Source: a virus
Taxonomy: Duplodnaviria; Caudoviricetes
DNA: 64,000 nucleotides
Direction: 5' to 3' (one strand)
Virus record (IMG/VR): IMGVR_UViG_3300021958_000045
Span: 15,990-79,989 of that record
The translations under genes were made by a program, and so were the position numbers. This document shows positions 49,884-57,421 of the stretch, piece by piece; the stretch's first letter is position 1, and every line of letters begins with the position of its first letter. A model generated the notes under the pieces. It made no database searches and had not been told where the DNA came from. It saw only the letters and a program-made list of their open reading frames with translations.

Positions 49884-50108
49884 TTGATAATGAAGTTTAA
49901 AATTGACGGCGCACATATTAAAATTATGGAAATGCTCGCACAAAATATGAATTCTTACGAATCAGTAACTTGGCTGGGTACACCTAGAAAAGAATTGGAT
50001 AATAAAAGTCCTTACGAAATGATGAAGAGGACAAACGTGGCGAGAGTAAGTGCTCTTTTATATGATGACATTAAATTATTAAAAGCCAAAAAGAAAAAAA
50101 GGAGCTGA
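49884..50108 (+). CDS. Stand-alone Xre/MbcA/ParS antitoxin C-terminal-like domain protein
   Basis: SVTWLGTPRKELDNKSPYEMMK...VSALL matches the W-L-x-x-P-x-x-x-L-x-x-x-x-P signature. Confidence 0.7.
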   Translation: MIMKFKIDGAHIKIMEMLAQNMNSYESVTWLGTPRKELDNKSPYEMMKRTNVARVSALLYDDIKLLKAKKKKRS

Positions 50109-50131
50109 CAAACAGCTCCTTATGTTACTTT

Positions 50132-50314
50132 ATGAACTCAGAACCTATTCAAAATAAAATTATACTAAGTTGTGGAAGGGGCAGGTGTTGCCCCGAAATT
50201 ATTAAAAATAATAAACAAGAATATATTATTAAAGACGATTACAATGGAGAGGTAAAATTAAATAATAAACAAATTATTTTATTAGAAAAAGCAATTCAAA
50301 AACTAAAAGAATAA
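50132..50314 (+). CDS. Small Cys-motif hypothetical protein
   Basis: SCGRGRCCPEI; 60 aa ORF co-oriented with the upstream gene. Confidence 0.55.
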   Translation: MNSEPIQNKIILSCGRGRCCPEIIKNNKQEYIIKDDYNGEVKLNNKQIILLEKAIQKLKE

Positions 50315-50316
50315 AA

Positions 50317-51177
50317 TTATAATAACTCTATTTCTCCCTTTTCCACCCAATAATCAAAAACTAAAGCTTCTTCATCGTAATAAATTCTTTCATGAAGGGG
50401 AGCCTTTTTATCTTCAGTTAAAGAAGTACAAATATGCTTGTCTTCAAAATCACAACCAATTACAGAAACATTATAATTTAAAACTTCTTTAAAATAAAAG
50501 ATTGTTGACATACCCAACGATGGGTATGCAACTGTTTTGTCCGCGATTTCTATTGATATGTAGTTCGGAACCAATGTCCAGTCTTGTTTTGTATCATATA
50601 AATCATAACTTGATAAACTTTTCCATATTTTTTGATCATTTATATCTTCTATACCTAAACGCTCAATAATTAACATTTTAATTAATCTTGCAGAATCATA
50701 TAACGATCCATTTTTTTGTGAAAAGTAATATAGCCAAGCAAGCATGCTTTTATATTGATCTGATTGAAGCAATATAATTTTATTTTCTACATCCTCAAAT
50801 AGTCTACCTTTTGACCAATCTTGAGCTAAAGGGTCTGCGTCATATGTGACATGAGTTGTTTTTGAACCTAAGATTTCCTGATTGTTTTCATTGGGAATTA
50901 CGCAATCACTAAATCTACAAACACAATCAAAAGAATCAATTATAGATCCACTTTTTCTACCAAGCAATGAATGTCCGTTGCCTACTATACAAATATTCTT
51001 TTTTTCCGTAAATTTCTCATGATTTTCCTCTATCCACGATAGTTCATAACCAGCTTGCTTAAAATAAGCAAAATATTTTCCATATTTAAGTTTTGCTTGA
51101 GATAAAATCTCTCTTTGTTTTTCGTCTTCTTCAAACATGTTTTTAATCATACATGAATAAAATGCAAAAGTCAACAA
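50317..51177 (-). CDS. GT29 (sialyltransferase-like) glycosyltransferase
   Basis: ICIVGNGHSL...GSIIDSFDCVCRFS (sialylmotif L-like), YPSLGM (motif S-like); true start may be 30-40 nt downstream. Confidence 0.7.
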   Translation of the reverse strand: MLTFAFYSCMIKNMFEEDEKQREILSQAKLKYGKYFAYFKQAGYELSWIEENHEKFTEKKNICIVGNGHSLLGRKSGSIIDSFDCVCRFSDCVIPNENNQEILGSKTTHVTYDADPLAQDWSKGRLFEDVENKIILLQSDQYKSMLAWLYYFSQKNGSLYDSARLIKMLIIERLGIEDINDQKIWKSLSSYDLYDTKQDWTLVPNYISIEIADKTVAYPSLGMSTIFYFKEVLNYNVSVIGCDFEDKHICTSLTEDKKAPLHERIYYDEEALVFDYWVEKGEIELL

Positions 51178-51184
51178 CTATAAT

Positions 51185-51196
51185 TGTGTAATTCAT
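51185..51196 (+). promoter_or_regulatory. Candidate late promoter (GTGTA motif)
   Basis: TGTGTAATTCATATT-ATG (51200). Confidence 0.5.
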
Positions 51197-51199
51197 ATT

Positions 51200-51487
51200 A
51201 TGAGGATTTTATTAATTGTATTATTTTTTTGTAATTGCTCATTAAAACAACCTCAATTAAAACCAGAAGATACTAAATTTTCTGAAGAAGAAAAGAATTG
51301 GGAGCAGATTTACACCCTCGAGCTTGCTGCAGCCCTAAAAAACCAAGATGATTTAGCTTTTCACTTTTTCTGGCCTTACTATATGTGGGAAAGATATAAA
51401 AATAAATGCAAGAAATATAACGAGCGCCATAATGACTCATGCGTGTGCCAACAAAAAACTCCCTTTGAGCCAGTTAGTCGCAACTAA
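51200..51487 (+). CDS. Putative exported/lipoprotein, hypothetical
   Basis: MRILLIVLFFCNCS hydrophobic N-terminus with Cys. Confidence 0.55.
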   Translation: MRILLIVLFFCNCSLKQPQLKPEDTKFSEEEKNWEQIYTLELAAALKNQDDLAFHFFWPYYMWERYKNKCKKYNERHNDSCVCQQKTPFEPVSRN

Positions 51488-51520
51488 CTAGAATTTACCG
51501 CGATTTTACGCCATTTTTAG

Positions 51521-51537
51521 TTGGCATGGCTTATGCA
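51521..51537 (+). promoter_or_regulatory. Sigma54 (-24/-12)-type promoter upstream of hsp20
   Basis: TTGGCATGGCTTATGCA: GG-N10-GC, close to YTGGCACGRNNNTTGCW; ATG 12 nt downstream. Confidence 0.6.
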
Positions 51538-51548
51538 ATATATATTGT

Positions 51549-51929
51549 ATGAAGTATTCACTTATAAATTCTGGTTTTGACACCTCTTGGTTGTCAGATT
51601 TTTTTAATGTTAACGAATCTGCTCTTAATAATAGAGTCTGCAGTTTTAGTTCTGGTACAGATATTGAAGAACTAGATGATGGATATGTTATTAGGGTAGC
51701 GGTTCCTGGGATGTCTAAAGAGGATTTAAAAATATCTTTAGATGATGGTTTGGTTAAGGTTTCGGGAGAAAAGAAAATTAGTAAGGGTATGACCTCAAAA
51801 GTTAACCGCGAATTCTCTACGAAGATCAAAATTGACGCAAAAAACTCAAAAGCAACTGTAAACAACGGAATTCTCGAAATTCAATTAAAACAAGAGAAAG
51901 GCGCGCGAAATACCATAGAGATAACCTAA
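51549..51929 (+). CDS. hsp20: Small heat shock protein (Hsp20/alpha-crystallin)
   Basis: DIEELDDGYVIRVAVPGMSKEDLKISL...ATVNNGILEI. Confidence 0.93.
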   Translation: MKYSLINSGFDTSWLSDFFNVNESALNNRVCSFSSGTDIEELDDGYVIRVAVPGMSKEDLKISLDDGLVKVSGEKKISKGMTSKVNREFSTKIKIDAKNSKATVNNGILEIQLKQEKGARNTIEIT

Positions 51930-52079
51930 TGTATTCGAATAAGGCCCGATTATTTTTTTGGTCGAGCGTTTTTTCCAAATAACGGGATTCTGTTTCTATA
52001 CTGAAAACTACCACCCCCGCCCATTCCTCAGAGAATCGCTTTTGCGAAATTCCAAAAAATGGGGGGGGTTTTTTGTAGC

Positions 52080-52382
52080 CTAAAAACTTTCTTCAGGCTC
52101 AAACCTGACTGCGTACCAATCATGAGGGTTGACGACTTCATTGTTCATCAGGGGTTCTCCGCCTTTAATGTTACAATCTGCGTCAGCGATGTTTCTTAAT
52201 CGCTCTCTGGTTGTGGCTGTTGGCCAACCCGCCCAACTAGCTTGAATTAAACCGTCAGGAGTACGCTTAATAATCTTGTATCCATAAAGCCAAACATTGT
52301 TTCCGTCTGTCATCGTGTTGCTAACCTTTTTTGCTTTACCTGCAAGAAATGCTTCTTTAATCTGTTGTGAAATTTTAGTCAT
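52080..52382 (-). CDS. Hypothetical phage protein
   Basis: 100 aa ORF (SNT..GNNVWLYG...GWPTATTRERL). Confidence 0.7.
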   Translation of the reverse strand: MTKISQQIKEAFLAGKAKKVSNTMTDGNNVWLYGYKIIKRTPDGLIQASWAGWPTATTRERLRNIADADCNIKGGEPLMNNEVVNPHDWYAVRFEPEESF

Positions 52383-52383
52383 T

Positions 52384-52566
52384 TTAGTTGTTTTCTTCTA
52401 CATTGTTAACAATAGAAACTCTATCACCATTTTCTCTCAATTCTTGTTGAATATTCTTAGCAATCTTAAGAGCCTGAACTTCACACTTAGCATTATCAAT
52501 TAGCTTTCCGAATAATGAAATGTTGAGCCACTCGGAAAGGTTTGGGTTTACTTCAATTTTAATCAT
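52384..52566 (-). CDS. Hypothetical protein, paralogue of 52836..53027
   Basis: MIKIEVNPNLSEWLNI; own TTGACT-N17-TAGATT promoter. Confidence 0.7.
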   Translation of the reverse strand: MIKIEVNPNLSEWLNISLFGKLIDNAKCEVQALKIAKNIQQELRENGDRVSIVNNVEENN

Positions 52567-52630
52567 ATAAAGAATCTAATGCTTTTAACTGATAAAGTCA
52601 AGCCCATAGAGCATTTTTTCGCATTTTTTT

Positions 52631-52652
52631 TCGCCCCGCGATTTTCGTGCCA
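52631..52652 (-). repeat. Dispersed palindromic/sigma54-like element, copy 1
   Basis: TGGCACGAAAATCGCGGGGCGA on the minus strand. Confidence 0.85.
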
Positions 52653-52654
52653 GT

Positions 52655-52846
52655 TTAACTCTTTAACTCGAAAATGCCTTCTTCGATCTCTACCAGCCTG
52701 TCGGAATTCGCAAGTACACAATCAACCGATAAAATTCTATCATTCAGCTTGGGCTTATAATAAGGACTATCTTTCCTTAAAATAATAACTCTTCTATCTA
52801 TGGCAGTCAGTACAAATGGATTTTTTTCTTGAAGTTCAGCGAGCAT
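52655..52846 (-). CDS. Hypothetical protein
   Basis: 63 aa ORF overlapping the upstream gene end. Confidence 0.55.
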   Translation of the reverse strand: MLAELQEKNPFVLTAIDRRVIILRKDSPYYKPKLNDRILSVDCVLANSDRLVEIEEGIFELKS

Positions 52847-53027
52847 CTTCTACCACTATAACACGCTTTACGCCATTGTCAAAATAAAATTGTTGCTCGT
52901 TGTTTCGGGCGAGTTCGTTGGCTTTTCTTAAAGCCTCTGACCTTGTATGCACTTGCTCAACTAATTTGTTGAAAGCAAAAATGTTGAACCAATTACCGAA
53001 GTTAGGGTGTGTTTTTATCTTAATCAT
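52836..53027 (-). CDS. Hypothetical protein, paralogue of 52384..52566
   Basis: MIKIKTHPNFGNWFNI...EALRKA. Confidence 0.7.
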   Translation of the reverse strand: MIKIKTHPNFGNWFNIFAFNKLVEQVHTRSEALRKANELARNNEQQFYFDNGVKRVIVVEDAR

Positions 53028-53131
53028 GATGGGTTTATGAGGTTAGCAATGAAAGCACATCCAAATATAATGATTGTGCCAATAACAAACGGGACGAACG
53101 CAATAGTAAACATATCAAATAATTTTCGCAT
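53024..53131 (-). CDS. 35-aa membrane peptide (below the track cut-off)
   Basis: MRKLFDMFTIAFVPFVIGTIIIFGCAFIANLINPS; TTGACT...TAGATT promoter 6 nt before ATG; ATGA overlap with the next gene. Confidence 0.65.
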   Translation of the reverse strand: MRKLFDMFTIAFVPFVIGTIIIFGCAFIANLINPS

Positions 53132-53162
53132 AATAATAATCTATAAGGGTTTAAGAAAAAAG

Positions 53163-53348
53163 TCAAGCAGAAACTTTTAAGCTTTGCTCTCTTTTTCCTG
53201 TAAGTTCAAGCAATTTTGCCTCAATATCCATCTGAACAGAAGCTAAAGCATTTGCGGAGGCATGGTTGCCCGCACGAATTTCTTTAACCTTTTGTTCGTT
53301 TAACTTTTTAAGCATTTCTGTGAGGTTTTGTATCTTTGTTGTAATCAT
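53163..53348 (-). CDS. Hypothetical coiled-coil protein
   Basis: 61 aa with own TTGACT promoter. Confidence 0.6.
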   Translation of the reverse strand: MITTKIQNLTEMLKKLNEQKVKEIRAGNHASANALASVQMDIEAKLLELTGKREQSLKVSA

Positions 53349-53379
53349 AAGTTTTATAATATAGTTAAGTTAAAAAAAG

Positions 53380-54012
53380 TCAAGCCACAAGTGCAGTATA
53401 GTCAGAAAAATTCATGTACGCTTGCAAGTTTCTTTGTCTGCCTAATGCACGAAGTCCGATAACGCCTGTTCTGCTTCGGTTAACTTCACCCGTTTCTGTT
53501 TCAAATTCTTCTCTTGAGTAATCATCTCTTGATACGCCTTTAGGATCAATTCGGGCAATTACTTCTTTTGTGATGTTGCCCCAATATCCTTCATCGGGCG
53601 GAACAATCTCAATTGAAAAGTGTTCAAGAATCTTGTCGCCACCAACTTTAGAATAAAGTCCTGAGACTTGAACAAGACCTTCTTTTGTCCATGCGTCATG
53701 CTGAAGTCGGGCAGTACCTAAGCCAATAGGAGTTCCCATTTTTACCGATTTGATTGACCATGCGAGCTTGTATGCTTCGGGCAAAATTGGATTGCGTTGG
53801 GCAACTTCTTTAGGAATGTCGAAAGGTTGCCGATGATTTTTTGTGCCTCCTTGTTTTCTGTCCCGATAAGGTGTGCCATCCTCTTCGGTAAAACCTAGAG
53901 CAAGAGTAACAAAATCCTCAAAGCTATAGCCATGATGAGTTGAGCCATAGGTCGTGGCATTGTTTAATGAATTACTCAGCAAGTTTTGGTCTAATTTTTG
54001 TGCAAGATTCAT
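53380..54012 (-). CDS. Restriction endonuclease-like (PD-(D/E)xK) protein
   Basis: HGYSFEDF...PFDIP...WSIKS. Confidence 0.45.
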   Translation of the reverse strand: MNLAQKLDQNLLSNSLNNATTYGSTHHGYSFEDFVTLALGFTEEDGTPYRDRKQGGTKNHRQPFDIPKEVAQRNPILPEAYKLAWSIKSVKMGTPIGLGTARLQHDAWTKEGLVQVSGLYSKVGGDKILEHFSIEIVPPDEGYWGNITKEVIARIDPKGVSRDDYSREEFETETGEVNRSRTGVIGLRALGRQRNLQAYMNFSDYTALVA

Positions 54013-54043
54013 AATAGCAAGTATGTTGAGTTTAAATGTTTTG

Positions 54044-54109
54044 TCAACTATAAATAACTTCTCGACAAATCATCCCTAAAAATATTGTAAGCATAATAAT
54101 AATTTCCAT
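54044..54109 (-). CDS. 21-aa hydrophobic micropeptide
   Basis: MEIIIMLTIFLGMICREVIYS; TTGACA-N17-TAGTGT 6 nt before ATG; its TGA lies inside the next TTGACA. Confidence 0.45.
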   Translation of the reverse strand: MEIIIMLTIFLGMICREVIYS

Positions 54110-54164
54110 AACAACACACTAAAGGCAAACCTTTTAAATGTCAAGGTTTTTTTTAAAAAAAAAT

Positions 54165-54187
54165 TGGCATGAAATCGGCAGGCGATT
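54165..54187 (+). repeat. Dispersed palindromic/sigma54-like element, copy 2
   Basis: TGGCATGAAATCGGCAGGCGATT. Confidence 0.85.
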
Positions 54188-54269
54188 CAGTAGGATTGTG
54201 CAATAAAATAGTTGCAAGATAATTGAAAAAAAATTTGACTTTTGTTAATTTGTATGTCATATTGTATAT

Positions 54270-54518
54270 ATGATTAAGAATAAAACATTCACAGCAAATA
54301 TTCACGCTCACTCTATTGGTGGAGAAAAGATCCCTTTCTTTAATACCAATACAAATACAAAAATTGAAATGGAAAGTACAAATCATGTTTTGACTTTTCA
54401 AGCCAAAGATAAGCATGAGGTAAGAAGGCAAGTCGGCAAACGTGTTCGTGAGTTGCAATCTCACTTGACTTTCGGGGAAGATTACACCTTTTACATCAAT
54501 CAAATATGGGAAAAATAA
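54270..54518 (+). CDS. Hypothetical protein
   Basis: 82 aa; TTGACT-N17-CATATT 6 nt before ATG. Confidence 0.65.
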   Translation: MIKNKTFTANIHAHSIGGEKIPFFNTNTNTKIEMESTNHVLTFQAKDKHEVRRQVGKRVRELQSHLTFGEDYTFYINQIWEK

Positions 54519-54577
54519 TTGAAAATAAATTTGACTTCGGTTAATAAATAGATTACCTTGTATATATAGAAAGATAA

Positions 54578-55051
54578 ATGATTATGATAAAAGACTTGAA
54601 AACAGAATTCACTAACGACTTAAAATTTCACGATTGGTTTTACGACTACGCAGACGATCATTCAGTATGGACAAAAGGTCGCGAAGCAAGAAAAACTCTT
54701 GAAAATGTTGCTCACACTCTCGTTAAAACTAAACAAGCAACTGCACCAGAAGTTGCCACGCTTTGGAATTTTTATGCTCCTGAAAGATACAAAATCACCG
54801 AAGATGCTTTTGTTCCAAAAGAAACCAAAGCTAAGGTATTCAAAAATAAATTGACTCGCCCAACTATGGGACAAGTAGTCAAACTCAAAAGAGAGCTTGG
54901 AATTTCTAGCTCCGAAGCAAACTTTCGCCTTACCTATGGCGTTGAGCCTTCCGAGTTTGAAATCAAAACCGCCCAACAAAATCAAGGTAGATTCTTTTTT
55001 CACTACGCATCACATCCCGAATTGTGGGAATACAAAACCGAAATCAAATAA
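54578..55051 (+). CDS. Hypothetical phage protein
   Basis: 157 aa (HDWFYDYADDHSVWTKG); TTGACT upstream. Confidence 0.7.
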   Translation: MIMIKDLKTEFTNDLKFHDWFYDYADDHSVWTKGREARKTLENVAHTLVKTKQATAPEVATLWNFYAPERYKITEDAFVPKETKAKVFKNKLTRPTMGQVVKLKRELGISSSEANFRLTYGVEPSEFEIKTAQQNQGRFFFHYASHPELWEYKTEIK

Positions 55052-55054
55052 ATT

Positions 55055-55285
55055 ATGAAAAATTCAATAGAAGATACATTCAAAAGATATCCAACCTTGC
55101 AATGTGCTTTAGGGTTGTCCAAGGTTGAAGAGAATCTCAAATTTCTTGCTCAAGCTCATCTTGCTTTTGTCGAGGGTTCTGCCGTACTCGATGCCCTTCA
55201 TGCAGTACAACAAGCAAGAAAAGAATACAATAAGGTTTTGCAAGAACTTAATCTCTTAAGAGATGGCTTAGTCGAAGAGAGCTGA
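55055..55285 (+). CDS. Hypothetical protein
   Basis: 76 aa ORF coupled to the upstream gene. Confidence 0.6.
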   Translation: MKNSIEDTFKRYPTLQCALGLSKVEENLKFLAQAHLAFVEGSAVLDALHAVQQARKEYNKVLQELNLLRDGLVEES

Positions 55286-55286
55286 T

Positions 55287-55310
55287 TGGCACGAAATCGG
55301 CTGCCGATTT
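55287..55310 (+). repeat. Dispersed palindromic/sigma54-like element, copy 3
   Basis: TGGCACGAAATCGGCTGCCGATTT. Confidence 0.85.
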
Positions 55311-55373
55311 TTTTTGCAAAAAAAACGAATATGCTTGCTATTAGCTATTAAATACCTTACCTTATACTTAGAT

Positions 55374-55607
55374 ATGATTAGTAAATACTCACACTTCGAC
55401 CGCAACGATAACGCCCTTGCAAACGAGCAAGCTCGCCAAATGGCAGAGATCAACAGGGAGATCGCCCGCGCAAATCAAGCTATCGCAGAAGAGCGTTACC
55501 TTGAGGAGCAGGCTTTAATGCAAGAGGTACATCGCAACCATGAAGAGCCTATGCATGACCCCTACGCAGATTATGACTATGGCTACCACGACCAATTCGA
55601 GATGTAA
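55374..55607 (+). CDS. Hypothetical acidic protein (likely start MISKY at 55374)
   Basis: TATACT 5 nt before ATG. Confidence 0.6.
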   Translation: MISKYSHFDRNDNALANEQARQMAEINREIARANQAIAEERYLEEQALMQEVHRNHEEPMHDPYADYDYGYHDQFEM

Positions 55608-55616
55608 ATCTCGGAT

Positions 55617-55638
55617 TCGCCCCGCGATTTTCGTGCCA
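55617..55638 (-). repeat. Dispersed palindromic/sigma54-like element, copy 4
   Basis: 22-mer identical to 52631-52652. Confidence 0.85.
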
Positions 55639-55712
55639 AATAAAATAAAATAAAAATGCTAAAAAAAGACGATTTTGTTTGCAATTTGAGATAATTTTGT
55701 TTAGATTTAGGT

Positions 55713-55907
55713 ATGATTAAAGTTAAGAATGATAAAGTAAATGGGTTCATTGCAAAGGTGAACATTATAGACCGCAAAAGCGGTAAGGTTGTAGAAAGCA
55801 ATGTAATTATGAAATGCGAACATCACGCATCAATCGAAGACTTGAACGCTGACTTGCTAAAGTTTGGCTTGCCTCGCAAGTTTGAGCTTGTCGAGTGGGT
55901 TAGCTAA
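55713..55907 (+). CDS. Hypothetical protein
   Basis: 64 aa; TAGATT 5 nt before ATG. Confidence 0.6.
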   Translation: MIKVKNDKVNGFIAKVNIIDRKSGKVVESNVIMKCEHHASIEDLNADLLKFGLPRKFELVEWVS

Positions 55908-55958
55908 ATTAATTCACTTTTTTCTTGCGTAAAACTAAAAATAAGATTAGATTAAGAT

Positions 55959-56126
55959 ATGATTAACAAAAACGATGTTGTAATAGATTACCAAAAACGC
56001 ATCCTTCATGTAGAGGGAATTCAACAAGATGGAGCAGAAACTTTTGTTTTAGCTCGCATATATAACACAAACAAAAGGGTTGCAGTACCTATGTCATCTG
56101 TAAAAAAACATCCTCTTTGGGCTTGA
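55959..56126 (+). CDS. 55-aa hypothetical protein (below the track cut-off)
   Basis: MINKNDVVIDYQKR...HPLWA; TTGCGT-N17-TAGATT 5 nt before ATG; its TGA lies inside the next TTGACT. Confidence 0.6.
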   Translation: MINKNDVVIDYQKRILHVEGIQQDGAETFVLARIYNTNKRVAVPMSSVKKHPLWA

Positions 56127-56161
56127 CTTTAACACCTTTAACCATTAGATTGTATATAAAT

Positions 56162-56434
56162 ATGAATAACATTGACCTAATAAAACAAGCAGTAGATAAC
56201 GCAGAAAGTAACAAAGTTACCTCTAAATTCAAAAATCTTTTAGACGAACTGAAGGCAGAGCAATTAGCAGAAAAGCTAGTTGTAGAGCATGGCTTAATCG
56301 AAGCAAAGAAAGAAGACATTGAAGAAGAATTCGAGGCTTTACCTGTTGAAGACGAAGACGAAGACTTTGACGCTGACGAGAACCTTGTTGACATGAACGC
56401 AGTAAGTTCTTTTTGGCACGAACTAGAATCCTAA
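56162..56434 (+). CDS. Highly acidic small protein (start MNNID at 56162)
   Basis: About 27 of 90 residues are D/E; TTGACT-N17-TAGATT promoter at 56123-56151. Confidence 0.7.
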   Translation: MNNIDLIKQAVDNAESNKVTSKFKNLLDELKAEQLAEKLVVEHGLIEAKKEDIEEEFEALPVEDEDEDFDADENLVDMNAVSSFWHELES

Positions 56435-56447
56435 ACGAAAGGCATAT

Positions 56448-56606
56448 ATGTTTATACTACAATCAATTCCCTTAATGCAAAAAACAGGATGGACAAATGA
56501 GTCCATTCCTATGTATAAAAAGCAAGCAAATGCTTTGCTCAAGGTAAGGGTCGCTAATAACTCGGGCAAGCACCGCTTTAGGTACAGATTGATTCCTGCC
56601 AAGTAA
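56448..56606 (+). CDS. 52-aa basic hypothetical protein (below the track cut-off)
   Basis: MFILQSIPLMQKTGW...RYRLIPAK, SD-like GAAAGG upstream. Confidence 0.5.
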   Translation: MFILQSIPLMQKTGWTNESIPMYKKQANALLKVRVANNSGKHRFRYRLIPAK

Positions 56607-56607
56607 T

Positions 56608-56631
56608 TGGCACGGAATCGGCAGGCGATTT
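56608..56631 (+). repeat. Dispersed palindromic/sigma54-like element, copy 5
   Basis: TGGCACGGAATCGGCAGGCGATTT at a convergent gene junction. Confidence 0.85.
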
Positions 56632-56637
56632 AGACCC

Positions 56638-56871
56638 CTACTCTTCTTCGGGGTCTTCTAGGCTATCGGCTAACTCGTCCCAATTTACCTCGTCCAGATT
56701 TAGCATATCTGCAAGGACACGATCCGACATACTGTCAGAATTGGCTAGATCAGCCACCCTGTTTTCTAACTCGTCCTTGATCCAGTCAAGGTCAGCAGTT
56801 GTTGGGCTGTACCATACATTGATAAGCCATGTTGCACGATTAGTCCACCCGTTATATGTGTTGTTAGTCAT
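56638..56871 (-). CDS. Acidic hypothetical phage protein
   Basis: YNGWTNRATWLINVW N-terminus, D/E-rich C-terminus. Confidence 0.7.
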   Translation of the reverse strand: MTNNTYNGWTNRATWLINVWYSPTTADLDWIKDELENRVADLANSDSMSDRVLADMLNLDEVNWDELADSLEDPEEE

Positions 56872-56876
56872 TTTGA

Positions 56877-57062
56877 TTATATGATTTGTAGGTTAATAGC
56901 GATTTGGTCGATTGCGTCAGAAACTTGCTCTTTTTCTAACTCTGCATTGATTATGCGTTGCTGAGATATGATACTGCCCGCTTCAGCGGCCTCGGTCTCA
57001 GCATCAATAAGAAGCTGAAGGGCGTTGATTTTGTTGGTGAGGTTCTTTAGTGTTTCGTTCAT
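56877..57062 (-). CDS. Hypothetical coiled-coil protein
   Basis: 61 aa; TTGACA-N17-TAGTTT 6 nt before ATG. Confidence 0.6.
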   Translation of the reverse strand: MNETLKNLTNKINALQLLIDAETEAAEAGSIISQQRIINAELEKEQVSDAIDQIAINLQII

Positions 57063-57186
57063 ATATACAAACTAAGCTAAAAAAGAAATTATGTCAAATA
57101 AAATCGCATTTAAATCGAAAAAAATCGCTAGGCGATTGCCCAAGGCAATCAAAAAATTGACTATTTCTATTTGCTCTATTTAGCCC

Positions 57187-57390
57187 CTAGTATCCAAGCC
57201 ACTCCAGGACGGCTTGTGCTGAGTAACAATCTTTGTCGCCCATATCGTCAAAAAATTTACAAATATCTTCACTTGCTGTAATTCCGTGTGAAGCTAACTC
57301 TTGCAACGCCCTATCCTGTGAAATGTCCATTGCATAAGCTGAGTCATAATAAGTGTCGCCCGATTCGAATAATAAGTTGTAATCTGTCAT
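57187..57390 (-). CDS. Acidic hypothetical protein (likely start MTDYN at 57390)
   Basis: TTGACA-N17-CATATT 6 nt before ATG. Confidence 0.65.
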   Translation of the reverse strand: MTDYNLLFESGDTYYDSAYAMDISQDRALQELASHGITASEDICKFFDDMGDKDCYSAQAVLEWLGY

Positions 57391-57421
57391 AATACTAATA
57401 TGTATGAATAAATGTTTTTTG

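Noticed and set aside
56412-56422. TGGCACGAA inside the end of ORF 56162..56434
   Set aside because: Coding (FWHE), with no dyad core and no GC at the -12 position; probably chance
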